Assembly (NCBI GenBank): GCA_038087875.1 | Contig: CM075991.1 | Span: 8,558,001 to 8,622,000, forward strand | Length of the DNA: 64,000 nt | DNA from: Malacoraja senta | Lineage: Eukaryota | Reading direction: 5' to 3' | Shown here: positions 1 through 12,329 of the stretch, one piece after another | Layout: each line of letters begins with the position of its first letter | Numbering within the stretch: the first letter of the stretch is position 1 | Notes under the pieces: generated by a model | What the model was told of the DNA's origin: nothing | Seen by the model: the letters and a program-made list of their open reading frames with translations, nothing else | Databases searched by the model: none | Translations under genes and position numbers: made by a program

Positions 1-268
1 TGAGGAGGAATTTCTTTAGTCAGAGGGTGGTGAATCTGTGGAATTCATTGCCACTGGCGGCTGTGGAGGCCAAGTCTATATATACTTTTAAGGCGGAGAT
101 TGACTCTTGATTAATAAGGGCATCAGGGGTTACGGGGAGAAGGCAGGAGAATGGGGTTGGGAGGGGAAGATGTGTCAGCCATGATTGAATGGCGGAGTAG
201 ACTTGATGGGCTAATTCTGCTCCTAGAACTTATGAATTATTGTGACGGAGTTACAATCGAGGGTCTCC

Positions 269-413
269 TTCTTCCTCCTCTTGCGTATGGCGTGCACAGC
301 CTAAAGTTGTAGGACAACCTGTTCTATTTGATCTTATTTGATTGTGCACGCCGGGTTGATTGCATTCGTCGAAACAGGGCGGACCACGTGAAGGTTGCAA
401 TCTCCCACCCCAA
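269..413 (-). mobile_element. Short non-autonomous retroelement with HDV-like ribozyme head and (AAG)n tail, copy 1
   Basis: Near-identical to 19647-19773 and 34258-34400. Ends ...GCCATACGCAAGAGGAGGAAGAAGG. Confidence 0.8.
358..411 (-). ncRNA. Minimal HDV-like ribozyme fold (54 nt) at the 5' end of a short retroelement, copy 1 (intact)
   Basis: Reverse complement reads GGGGUGG(P1) GA GAUUGCA(P2) ACC(P3) UUCACGU(L3) GGU(P3') CCGCCCU(P1') G(P1.1) U-UUCG-A(P4) CGAA(J4/2) UGCAAUC(P2'). All helices pair. The G1-U wobble and the catalytic-C-containing CGAA match HDV/CPEB3 ribozyme topology. Activity untested. Confidence 0.75.
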
Positions 414-1412
414 CGGGGTCTGAGGAAGGGTCTCGACCCGGAACGTCACCTATTGCTTCTCCCCAGAGATGCCGCCAGACCCGCTGAGTTACTCCAGCTT
501 TTTGTGTCTGTCTTCAGCCTGAGTGCGACGGTCTGGGCTGACATCCCTCCGTGGAGCCGAGGACAATAGACAATAGACAATAGGTGCAGGAGTAGGCCAT
601 TCGGCCCTTCAATGTGATCATGGCTGATCATCCCCAATCAGTACCCCGTTCCTGCCTTCTCCCCATACCCCCTGACTCCGCTATTTTTAAGAGCCCTATC
701 TAGCTCTCTCTTGAAAGCATCCAGAGAACCGGCCTCCACCGCCCTCTGAGGCAGAGAATTCCACAGACAGAAGGAGTAGTTTCATGATCAGCGGCACCAC
801 GTTTCGAGGGGGGGGGGGCGTTAATCCTAGCCCTTCATCTCTTGGAAAGGTTCCCATGCAACACTCCGAAGAAGGCGATTGGAATGACCCCTGGCAGCCT
901 GGCTGATGAATCAGTTGGCTTTGCTCAGATGAATCACCCGGTCATTAACGGACTGCTGACTGGGAGACTGCTGTGGTCAGATAGCCTGACATATTCCCTC
1001 ATTGAACAGAGCTCCTTCATTTCTAACTACTTCATTGGTTGCCAAGTGCATTACGATGCCCCCAGGTCACAAGGGGCACTGGTGGGGAAATTAAACTGTT
1101 CATTAAAATAAAGTAGAATAAAAAGACGTATTACCAATGGCGACCTTAAGCCCACCTGGCTTCACAAAGGTCTTTCAGGTACAAAATCATGAGAGGAATA
1201 TATTGGGTAGGTACATAGAGTTTCCTGCCCAGAGTAGGGGAATTGAGAAGCAGAACACATTGGTTTAAGGTGAGGGGGGGGAAAGATTTAATAGGAACCT
1301 GAGGCGTAACGTTTTCAAACTATGGGTGGTCGGTGTATGGAACGAGCTACCGGAGGAGGTAGTTGAGGCAGGTAATATCGCAACGTTTAAGAAATATTTA
1401 GACAGGTACTTT

Positions 1413-1655
1413 TGTACCCGATCCTGACTATCTGTCTGTACCGAGTTTGTACGTTCTCCTGCGTGGGTTTTCTCCGAGATCTTCGGTTTCCTTCCACACT
1501 CCAAAGACGTACAGGTTTGTGGGTTAATTGGCTTGGTATAAGCGTCAAACTGTCCCTGGTGTGTGCGTTGGATGGTGTTAATGTGTGGAGATCTCTGGTC
1601 GGTATGGACACGGTGGGGCCGAAGGGCATGTTTCCGTGCTGTATCTCTAAACTAA

Positions 1656-1686
<31 letters not shown>

Positions 1687-1690
1687 CTAA
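1413..1690 (+). mobile_element. HE1-type SINE (5'-truncated) within a CR1 fragment
   Basis: V-domain and long (CTAAA)n tail. Confidence 0.8.
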
Positions 1691-1959
1691 GACAGGTTTA
1701 GAGTGATAAGGGCCAAATGCAGGCAGGTGGGTCTGGTATAGATGGGACTTGTTTGCCGATATGAACAAATTTGGGATGAAGGATCTGTTTCCAATCTGTA
1801 AGACTCTATGACACCATGAAAGGACGTCAGTTGTCCTTACCTGGCATTGAGGATATGTGACCCAGACCACTAAAATGGGGGAGACTTTTTGAAATGACTT
1901 AGCAAGATACTCACTTGTAACTACTGCAGGACATCAGCGGCTCAAGAAGATGGAAGGTG

Positions 1960-2432
1960 ATCCCAGGAATGAGTAAGTTAACCAATGTTGAGGGTGTGTC
2001 TGCAATCTACTCGCTGGAGTTTAGAAGAATGAGGGGGGGGACCTCATTGAAACATGCAGAATAGTGAAAGGCTTGGATAGAGTGGATGTGGAGAGGATGT
2101 TTCCACCAGTGAGAGAGTCTAGGACTAGAGGTCATAGCCTCAGAATTAAAGGATGTTCTTTTAGGAAGATGAGAAGAAATTTCTTTAGTCAGAGGGTGGT
2201 GAATCTGTGGAATTCTTTGCCACTGAAGGCTGTAGAAGCCAAGTTAGTGGATATTTTCAAGGCAGGGTTGGATAGATTTTTGATTAGTACAGATGTCAAA
2301 GGTTATGGGGAGAAGGCAGGAGAATGAGGTTAGGAGGGAAAGATAGATCAGCCATGATTGAATGGCAGAGTGGACTTGATGGGCCGAATGGCCTAATTCT
2401 ACTATCACTTATGACCGTATGATCTTATGACC
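1960..2432 (+). mobile_element. CR1/HER1 LINE 3' fragment
   Basis: ORF2 C-terminus KGLDRVDVERMFP..SRTRGHSLRI..RRNFFSQRVVNLWNSLP. Confidence 0.9.
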
Positions 2433-2485
2433 TTTTCAAGAGCAACTAGAGAAGTGCACTAAATGTTATCCTGAGCAATGATGCT

Positions 2486-2597
2486 CAAAGATCCTATAGC
2501 GGAGCAAGATTGACCACTCCTGCTAAAAGCATTAGGCTGACGTGTAGTACGCAAAATATTTACACGACACGATGACCTGTTGGAAGAAAAGATCCTG
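2486..2597. mobile_element. Left-end fragment of a related CAAAGAT-TIR element
   Basis: Begins CAAAGATCCTATAGCGGAGCAAGATTGACCACTCC. Confidence 0.6.
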
Positions 2598-3223
2598 TCT
2601 GAAAAAAGGTTTGAGGAAGGGTCTCCACCCGAAACGCCACCCATTCCTTCTATCCAGAGATTCTGCCGGTCCCGCTGAGTTACTCCAGCATTTTGGGTCT
2701 ACCTTCAATTTAAACCAGCACCTGCAGTTCTTTCCTACACACATTGAGAAGGGGTGCAGATGTATTGAGGAAAGGTTAGTATTCAGGAGTGGATCATACC
2801 ATAGTTACCCAACCAGATGCAACTAAATTTAAGGTAGCTCTTTCTTCCCAAAAACCCTTTCTGGCTAAGTCCTCCCTCCACCACCTCCAGTTTAAATTCC
2901 ATTTGGAATATTTTGGAGGACCAAGAAACCAAGAACCAAGAACCAAGCGGTGAATGTGATAACTCTCTCAAGGTCAATGTTGGTAAAAAGCTATAATGTG
3001 GATAAGTGTAGAGAGTTTTTTTTCTTTCAATCCCTTACTGAGGTACAGTGTAATTTGTTTTAGTTTACTCAGGCAAAGGACAAACCGTCTCAGGGATGTA
3101 AATACCCTCTAGGTGGTGTTGAGCTGCCTTCTTGAAACACTGCAGTGTCTGACATGAAAGAGCTCCCATGGTGTTGCTGTGGGAGGTGTTTGGGGGAGGC
3201 CTGGATAGAGTGGATGTGGAGAG

Positions 3224-3631
3224 CAAAGATCCTATAGCAAGCAAGATAGACCACTCCTTCTAAATGCAATGGGCTGACATGTAGTACGCAACGGAGCGGA
3301 ATGTGGGCCTTTTTTTCATCCATTTCAATAACCCGACCCGACCCGACCCGACTCGCAGTGTAATCAACGTTGTGGGGGAACAGTTTGTGTTAATAAATTG
3401 TAATTCTGAAAATGAGGAGAAGATTTTTACCAAAGAACTTTGATTTTTACGAGGATGTTTCCGTAACCGGCTTCCGTCTCCGCACTAGTATCTTTGCTCC
3501 GCTGTGGGATCTTTGGTGCGGAGACGGAAGACGGTTACGGAAATGGGGCCGAAAATGACCCGTGAATCTGCCCATGACCGTACTACGTCTTTTTCGTTGA
3601 GTGGTCTATCTTGCTCGCTATAGGATCTTTG
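3224..3631. mobile_element. Non-autonomous DNA transposon with ~33-bp TIRs (probably hAT)
   Basis: TIRs CAAAGATCCTATAGCAAGCAAGATAGACCACTC / GAGTGGTCTATCTTGCTCGCTATAGGATCTTTG. A second copy lies at 62949-63326. Confidence 0.8.
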
Positions 3632-5073
3632 ATGCTGCTTATTCCAGAGAAGACTCGTTATTGTCACGTGTAACAGCATCAGCTGATCATCCAAAGAATC
3701 AAAGGGGAGTACGGCAAGTGATAGGTGGATACAAGGGTGTGGGAGTGGGCGTGGGGAGGGGGGAGGGGGTAGAGGGGTAGATTGGCAGATGGTTGGACAA
3801 AGGCCAGAGATGAAAAGACAACAAGTATGAGAAGGAGTGAATGGTTGAGGAGGTGTGGATTGTGAAGCCAGGCTTTGTCCTGCTCCCACCTCTCTTCCAA
3901 CTTTCTCCCCTCTCCCTCACCGTAATCAGTCTGAAAAACAGTCCCGTGTGTAATTCTCTGCCACAGAAGGCAGTAGAGACCAATTCACCGGATGAATTTG
4001 AAAGAGAGTTAGATAGAGCTCTTGGGGCTATCAGAATCAAGGGGTATGAGGAGAAGGCAGGCACGGGTTACGGAATGTGGATGATCAGCAATGATCACAA
4101 TGAATGGCAGTGCTGGCTCGAATGGCCGAATGGCCTCCTCCTGCACCTATTTTCTATGTGTCTATGTTTCCATGTTGCTATCTATGTTCTCCAGAGATGC
4201 TGCCTGACCCATTGAGTTACTGAGTGTTTTTTTGTTAGCCAGCATCTGCAGTGGGTCTGACTAATACAGCGATATATTTTATGTCCATTTAATGAGCAGG
4301 TAGTGGTTGGGTTTGATATCTCACCTACTGTGAAAGACAGTGTAGTGCTCCTTCAGCATTGCTTGGGAATATCAGTCAATATTGGCAATAATGGAAATAA
4401 GCTAACACAAAAGCTTACATCGCTTGTAACGCCAGAGACCCAGGTTCAATCCTGACTGCAGTTGCTGTTTGTGCGGAGTTTGCACGTTCTCCCTGTAACC
4501 TGCACGGGTTTTCTCCGAGATCTCCGGTTTCCTCCCACACTCCAAAGCCGTACAGGTTTGTAGGTTGATTGACTTGGTATGAATGTAAATTGCCCCTAGC
4601 GTGTGACGGATAGTGTTAATGTGCGGGGATCGCTGGTCGGCACGGATTCGGTGGGCCGAAGGGCCTGTTTTCTGCGCTGAAATGCATCCAGGCTAGATCC
4701 CTCTCTGAGCACAAGGGGCTGATGCATATTTGAATGTAAATGTCCAATATAACATCGGCACCAAGTGCACGTGTTATTCATGCATCATCTTCCTAACAGT
4801 GCAAATCGTGCGTGTCAGTGAGGTTAATCTGATTTCCGAGGATCAATGACCATTTATTGCAAGCCTTGTCGACGATGAACAGCAAATGAAATTAAAACTT
4901 CCACCGAGCGAGCATGTCGACGTACTGCGATTCCATGTGAGTGCAGGGATTGGCAGTGGAAAGTCTGGTTTGGGATTGTCTCCTCCCCCCCCACCCCCCG
5001 CCCCCCCCCACACCCCCCTCCCCCACCCCCCACCCACTCCCCCCATTCCCCCCACCCCTCCAGGCATGAGAAT

Positions 5074-5382
5074 AGGCACGGTGGCGCAGCAGTAGAGTTG
5101 CTGCCTTACAGCGCCAGAGACCAGAGTTTGATCCTGACTTAGGGTGCTGCCCGTACAGAGTTAGTATGTTCTCCCCGTGACCTGCACGGGTTAATTCGAG
5201 ATCTTCGGTTACCTCCCACACTCCAAAAGACATAATGGTTTGTAGGTTAATTGGCTTGGTATAAATGTACAATTTCCCCTAGTGTGTGCAGGGTTGCGTT
5301 TATGTGCGGGATCTCAGGTCGGCACGGACTCAGTGGGCCAAAGGGCCTGTTTCCGCGCTGTATCTCTAAACTAAACTGAACT
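5074..5382 (+). mobile_element. HE1-type tRNA-derived V-SINE, full length
   Basis: A-box GGTGGCGCAGCAGTAG, B-box GAGTTTGATCC, V-domain ...GTTCTCCCCGTGAC..., CR1-like tail with (CTAAA)n. Confidence 0.85.
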
Positions 5383-6512
5383 GAGGCACGTCCTTTGACT
5401 TTAGAGATACAGCACAGAAACTGTCCCTTTGGCCCACTGAGTCCGCGCCAACCAGCCATCACCCCCATACACTAGGACTGTCCTGCACAGGCTAGGGACC
5501 ATTGCCAATTAACCTACACACTTGTTTGGGGTGAGGGAGGACACTGGAGCATGCAGAGAAAACAAGGTACAGACAAACTCCGCGCAGACAGCACCCAAGG
5601 TCAGGATCGAACCTGGGTCCCTGGCGCTGTAAGGCAGAAACTCTACCACTGAGCCACGGTGCCGCCCGTGTACCTCATCTGCGGTCGGGCGGTCTGTTAT
5701 TTCAGCCGGTGAAGAGCTAAGGAGGACAACCAGAGTCAGGCCTCAAGGGCAGCAGAGATTCATCAGCATGATATAGGCATCAGCTGCTGTGACAGAAGAT
5801 AGGACCTTATTGTAGGCTTTTGATATCGAACTTCAGATGGATCAAAAAAGTGATGAATATTTTAGAATGAAAGTGATTTAAACTAACGGTGCTCTTAGTG
5901 CGCCTTTGTAGGCTGGAAGAAAGACACGAACACCGCTTGGAGATAGATTGAACATCAAAGGGAAGATGATTTGCTTTTGCTAGTGCCTGAGCAGGAACTG
6001 AACATTTTTGTTTTGGTGTTTTGTGGTCGGTGGAAATCAGACACACAAATGCTTTCAAGTGGAGAAAGATTTGAGGCTCCTGTATTTTTCGCTTTGAACA
6101 TATTGGATGCATGGTGGTTTTCTTCATCTGCTGTACGATCTGAGTGAAAGATCTGATCGGTTACAGAACAGCCTGACAGGAGAACTGCCATCTCCAATCT
6201 CGGCAGCAACCCGCCACGTCTGTGGACAAATCCAACGCTGCGACAGTGATTGTACTTCAAAGGTAACCAGCGCTGGGATGAGTGTGTAAGGAGCTACATA
6301 TACGTGTAAGTAGTTCTGTGCTCTTCGCTGGTCTGTGTCCTAAATATCTGCCATTGGGAAGGACAACAGGACTCCTGCAAAAGGACCCAATTACAGAAGC
6401 ATGGAAGTTTGATTTCAACAGAAGAGACACAGCGCAGAAAACAGGCCCCGCGGCCCACCAAGTCCGTGCCGACCAGCGATCACTCCGTACACTAACTCTA
6501 TCCTACACACTA

Positions 6513-7500
6513 ATAATAATAATAATATTACATTTTATTTGTGGGCGCCTTATACCAAAGTCTCAAGGACACCTTACAGAGTTTAACAAGTAAGAAACAT
6601 ATAGTCGGAGTAAAATAAATTATAAAGACATCACCAATACACAAATTAAAGACAGAATTCGATCCAAAGAAACACAAAAAAAAAAATCAGAAACACAATG
6701 TGAAGAGAGAGCAGCGGCAGCTAAACCGCGCCAGCGTCCACTCTCCCTTCCGACCGCCATCTTGGACACAGACTAAAATAGACACTACACACAAAAATCA
6801 TCCCCCCACAATGGTTACCACTGTGGGGGAAGGCACAATGTCCATTCCCCATCCCCAGTTCTCCCAAAGTCAGGCCTATTGAGGCCTCCGCTGTTGCCTC
6901 TACGGAGGCCCGATGTTCCTGGCCGTTCTCACCGTGTGCTGTTGTCCTCTCAGGGCAGTCCTCTCAGCGGCTGGGCCACCTGGAACGGCCGCATTCCTTA
7001 CCGGAGGGCCGCGGCTTCCGAAGCCGACAAGGCCGCGCCGGTTTGGAGCTCCCAGGCTCCCGATGTTGAAGTCGGCGCCGCCCGCTCCTCTCCGCAGACC
7101 CACAGCCCGGAGGTGTTGACCTCGGCGGTCACAGCTCACCGGAGCTCCAGCGCGTTGATCCAGCGCGGCAACCCAGGCAAGGCATCGCCCGCTCCGCTCC
7201 GCGATAGCGCTCCAGCGCTGTGCCGCCACCGAAGCTGAGCTGCTGGGCGGTCCCCGCCAGGAAACGGCGCTCCACGCCCGCTGGTAGGCCACGAGGATGG
7301 GTCGACGGGGCAGCCCGGAGAAAAAGCTGCCTCACCGACCAGGTAGGGACCTAGAAATATAGTTACCCCCTTCGCCCTACATTAAAAAGTCGATTTCTCC
7401 CACAGACAAGACACAGGACTCACTAAAACTACAAACAAAAGTGAGTTAAACGGACGGCTGCTGATTAGCAGCCGTTCCCCAAGATGGCTCCTCCTCCTCC
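6513..7500 (-). mobile_element. ~990-bp non-coding GC-rich retroelement with an L2-like 3' tail and (TAT)n end, inserted into a SINE
   Basis: Minus-strand end TGTAAGGTGTCCTTGAG...AATAAAATGTAATATTATTATTAT. ACACTA is duplicated at both junctions. The host SINE is split (6425-6512, 7501-7540). Confidence 0.65.
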
Positions 7501-7638
7501 ACACTAGGGGCAATTTACAAATTTTACCAAAGCCAATTTACTGACGGAGGGTCTCGACCCGAAACGTCGCCTATTTCCTTCTCCCCACAGATGCTGACTC
7601 ACCTGCTGAGTTTCTCCAGCATTTTTGTCAACCTGTAA

Positions 7639-7984
7639 AGGGCCTGTCCCACTGTACGAGGTAATTCCAGAGTAACTCCCGAGTTTTCCCCTGATTCGAA
7701 CTCGGAGAATGTCCGGAGCATTCGTGGATGTCTCGTAGAGGCTCGTACGAGTAACGGTAGGTACTCGGGAAATCCGGTAAACTCGTGACGTTTTTTCAAC
7801 ACCGTGAAAAATGTCCACGAGTAAAAAAATACTCGTGATGAAATAGATTGTTACTTTTTACTCGTACGAGCCGCTACGAGACATCCACGAACTCCTACCG
7901 ACCCGCTACGGACATTCTCCGAGTTCGAATCAGGGGAAAACTCGGGAGAACTCTTGAATTACCTCGTACAGTGGGACAGGCCCT
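7639..7984. mobile_element. PIF/Harbinger-type MITE with long TIRs
   Basis: Termini AGGGCCTGTCCCACTGTACGAG...CTCGTACAGTGGGACAGGCCCT. TAA TSD on both sides. Confidence 0.85.
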
Positions 7985-7987
7985 TAA

Positions 7988-8289
7988 GTTTAGTTTAGTT
8001 TAGTTTAGAGATACAGCGTGGAAACATGCTCTTCGGCCCACCGAGTCTGTACCGACCACTAATCAACCGTACACCAACACTATGCCACACACTTTACAAT
8101 TTGTACCGAAGCCAATTTACCTACAAACCTGTACGTCTTTGGAATGTGGGAGGAAACCGGAGCACCCGGAGAAAACCCACGCGGTCACAGGGAGAACATC
8201 CACATGTACAGACAGCACCCGTAGTCAGGATCGAACCTGGGTCTCTGCCGCTGTAAGGCAGCCACTCTACTGCTGCGCCACCATGCCCC
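7988..8289 (-). mobile_element. HE1-type SINE
   Basis: Full consensus on the minus strand. Confidence 0.85.
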
Positions 8290-8547
8290 TCGATGTTCAG
8301 TGCTTTAATGGGCAGTGGCAGAATAATGATGTTACCAGATCCATAATCCAGAGGGCTGGACTGAAGATCACAAGGCACAAAAGGGACACAAATTGCTGGA
8401 GTCAGACAGCATCTATGGAGAACTTGAAAAGGTTCCATTTCGGGTTGAGAACCTTCTTCAGACTTCTTCAGTAGGGAGTGGGGGGAGAAGAGGGAAAGGG
8501 GAGAGGCAGGCAATGCATGGCTAATAACAGGTCAACATAAGATGCTG

Positions 8548-8928
8548 AAGACTCCTCCTAGCAGGTAAACCAGATCACTTCCACCTGACGTGGTCTGCAT
8601 TTATAGAATTATTACAAATATAGGATGCAAAGGTACCTTAAAAAAATTGAGGTCAGGTAATGGGGGATGATAGTTGAAGAGTTGGTATGTCCCATTTGCG
8701 TAATGCTCATAAAAATATTTGTTTCTCTATTTTTCCTCTTTCTCTTTCTCCTTCTTTTCTAGGGTCTATTTCTTAACTCTTTTTCTTTTGTTTTTAATTT
8801 TGTTCTTATAGGGTCTTCGTCCTTTTTTGTTGTCACATTTTCTACACTCTCACTTTTTCCTTCACTTTCTTCTTTCTTTCAATCTTATCCTTTCCTCTTA
8901 AAAATATATATATATATTAAAAAAAAAA
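8548..8928 (+). mobile_element. 5'-truncated L1-type LINE 3' end with poly(A) and 14-bp TSD
   Basis: Translates RLLLAGKPDHFHLTWSAFIELLQI*, then a pyrimidine-rich UTR and poly(A). TSD AACATAAGATGCTG at 8534-8547 and 8929-8942. Confidence 0.75.
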
Positions 8929-9204
8929 AACATAAGATGCTGGAGTAACTCAGCGGGACAGGCAGCATCTCTGGAGAGAAGGAATGGGTGACGTTTCGGG
9001 TCGGGAAGAAGTCTGCAGAAGGCTCAGAACCCAAAATGTCACCTATTCCTTTTCTCCAAAGATGCTGCCTGTCCCGCTGAGTTACTCCAGCATCTTATAT
9101 CTACTGTATCTTCAATGTAAACCAGCATCTGCAGTTCCTTCCTGCACAATGAACAATGGAGTTTTAAGTACTCAAATGTGTCATTTATTAAGTTTCTCCA
9201 GTCA

Positions 9205-9387
9205 TTCAAGCACTGGTGGTGCTGAAGTTATGTTAATAGAGTCACACCCAAAGTCTGGATGAAGTCTACATGAGTTCAAATCCAGCTCGGGCAGCTTCAA
9301 ACACTGGTGGTGCTGAAGTTATGTTAATAGAGTCACACCCAAAGTCTGGATGAAGTCTACATGAGTTCAAATCCAGCTCGGGCAGCT
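9205..9387. repeat. 91-bp near-perfect tandem duplication at the head of an old SINE-like element
   Basis: CACTGGTGGTGCTGAAG at 9211 and 9302. Confidence 0.9.
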
Positions 9388-12329
9388 GGGGAAATTAAAT
9401 TAAAGCAATTCAATACATTTGGAATAAAAAGATAGCAACACAAATCTGTGGGATTATTGTAAAAACCCTTCAATCACAGTAACATTGTTCAAGAAAGAAA
9501 ATCAGCCATCCATAACCAGCCTGGCTTATGGATGACCTCTGACCCGCCAATGCGTTTAACCTTTAACCAGCCTCTGCAAAGGGCTGCTGAGTTCACAGTG
9601 CTGCACATTTTCGGAACCAATTAGGGGGAGAAAGCAAATGCTAGCCTTGGCCTAGCTGCCCACATCCCGTGAATAAATAAGAACAGTGAGATTTGTTGGT
9701 TTAATATCTATGTTTGAAGATACTGACAATTCTCAAGGGCAGAATGAGTGGGAATTTAAGAGTCTGTGGCATTTTGGAATGGAACCCAAGTGCAAAATAC
9801 TTTCTTTACAAACGTCGACCTCCCCAAGGAGAGGACGTGCCTGCATTAAGATGTCTTCAACGCTGCTAGTAGTTGACCTAAGGTGACTGGTGTCCGTACT
9901 TCCAAGTAGCCAGTGGATGGTTCTATTCCAATCAAGCAGAGGAAGAGGAGCCCCACGTAGACAAACTGTCAACAAAATAAAGTTTGGAAACAAGGGACTG
10001 CAGATTGTGGTTTAGCTCAGCTCTGTTCTGGGGTACAGCGCGGAAACAGGCCCTTTGGCCCACTGAGCACAATGACCAGCGATCCTTGCACACTAACACT
10101 ATCCCACACACAATAGACAATAGACAATAGGTGCAGGAGTAGGCCATTTGGCCCTTCGAGCCAGCACCGCCATTCAATGTGATCATGGCTGATCATCCCC
10201 AATCAGTACCCCGTTCCTGCCTTCTCCTCATATCCCCTGACTCCGCTATTTTTAAGAGCCCCATCTAGCTCTCTCTTGAAAGCATCCAGAGAACCTGCCT
10301 CCACCGCCCTCTGAGGCAGAGAATTCCACAGACTAGGGATAATTTACAATTTTACCGAAGTCAATCAACACAACACAACAAACCCGTGTATCTTTGGAGA
10401 AAGGGAGGATTCCGCAGCTCCCGGAGAAAACCCACGCAGGTCATGGGGGGAGAACGTACAAACTCCGCACAGACAGTGTAGTCAGGATCGAAGCCGGATC
10501 TCCACCGCTGTGCCACAGTGCCGCCCCTGTATTCGATGCCTCCTTCTATTCACCCACAGCTTTTGCCTGCATCTTCCAATTAGCAATTTATGACATTATG
10601 CAACAACGGAATATAAAATGAATAGCAACACAAACTCAATCAGCAAACAACACAGATCTACCACTTCCTTCCTGGACTGTTAATAATTGGATATGTTCAT
10701 TAAAGAAAACTAGTCGTTCTGTACATTCTGGAGAGCAATAAATTGAGCTCTCAATTCACATCTTTCTCCAAAAGTTACTGCTCCGGTATCAAAAAGAACA
10801 ACACAACCTACTTAGTTTTGTTTAATTTGAAATCTTCCTTGCAAGAAAACAGGAGAAATGCCAGACCCAACAGTGCAATTAACAACGCGCTCTGAAATTG
10901 GCAGAACAAGCTATACAAAATGCATTAGGCTGCTTTAAGGCTTTAAAATTTTCAAGGTTAATGATGTTTTATTGTGGACCAGTTTATTGAGGGAAGGGAA
11001 CAGTGACTCAACGCCAGGTAACATTTGCCAGCAGTACATGGTGAATGTTGATGTGTTAGGTGTTGAGGGAGGAAAGATTAATTTTGCAAGGAGCTGAACT
11101 CAGTGTCCTCAGGATCAGCATTGGGAGAAGTTCCCTTGTATCACACGCTAGGATCAGTGACTTGGAGCCAATGCTGGGATCAATCACCCACTGCCAACAT
11201 CTGGGTCAGTCCCACACGAGTTCACAAGTTATAGGAGTAGAATTAGGCCATTCGGCCCATCGAGTCTACTCCGCCATGCAATCATGGCTGATCTCTGCCA
11301 CCTAATCCCATTTTCCTGCCTTCTCCCCATAACCCTTGGCACCCGTTCTAATCAAGCATTTGTCTATCTCTTCCATAAAAATATCCACTGACTCTCTAGG
11401 TGCCTCCGGTCGGTTCGATCACCCAGTGCCCACACTGGAGAAAACTAGACGCATAAAGCTGGAGTAACTCAGCGGGTCAGGCAACATCTCTGGATAGAAG
11501 GAATAGGTGACGTTTCCGGTCGGTTCACGACCCCAGTTTGAAGAAGCATATCGACCTGAAACGTCATCTGTTCCATTTCTGCAGAGATGCTGCCTGACCC
11601 GTTACGTTACTCCAATTTTATGTGTTCACCTTCGGAATAAACCAGCATCTGCAGTTCCTTCCTACACTGGAGAAAACTACTTGGGGACAACATTGGGATC
11701 AATCCCAATGGAGAAATATTGGCGTTACTTTTGAAGGATGACATTATTTCACCAGAAATAATATTGTCAATAATCCCGAAGGTTCAACAATCAAATCAAT
11801 CCGTCAGAGTAACAATGGAATCAACCACGAAGGAATAACATTGATGCGAATCCCCCAGGAGTCATACTGGGGACAATCTTGGAATAGCATTGGTGTTAAT
11901 TTTTCAGTGAGATCTTTGGGTTAATTCTAAGGGCTTACGTTGGGCTTGGAATCCATTGGCAATGCAACAATCACTCTCCTTGTTCTTACACTGTTAGAAC
12001 ATCTCCCTGTCAAGGATTGGGGTCATTGTGCACCGTAGAGGAAAGCACATTGAATTTATTAAATGATGTACCGTTTATCCTGCTTGCCCTTCAAACTGAA
12101 GTGCAACTGAAGTCCCGCCAGCTTTGCTAATTAAGACGGCCACAGGCATCATGTGCTTTGTAGAATTCCAATCCACATCCGAATGGTGTATCTACTCACT
12201 CGTCCTATCTTGCCTGCCCTCTGTGTCTCTCCAAAGAAGACTGATTATCACTCCACTGATGCCATACCATAGTCTGCAAGCTGAGAGATATTGAAATCAG
12301 AGCCAGAACTCTTTTCAGCAGGTTCGAGC

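Noticed and set aside
4981..5061. C-rich tract encoding poly-proline or forming a G-quadruplex
   Set aside because: Low-complexity sequence with no evidence of function.
6107..6262. Possible first coding exon MHGGFLHLL...CTSK with AAG|GTAACC donor
   Set aside because: No recognisable homology and no linked exons, so it cannot be supported.
6879..7335. GC-rich overlapping ORFs or CpG-island promoter
   Set aside because: Lies inside a TSD-flanked retroelement, and the ORFs reflect GC content.
7636..7987. piggyBac classification of the MITEs (TTAA seen at right ends)
   Set aside because: The terminal T belongs to the TIR and the duplicated target is 3 bp (TAA/TTA/GAA), which fits PIF/Harbinger.
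11680..11960. Degenerate AACATTGG/AACAATGG-type repeats
   Set aside because: No consistent period could be established by eye.
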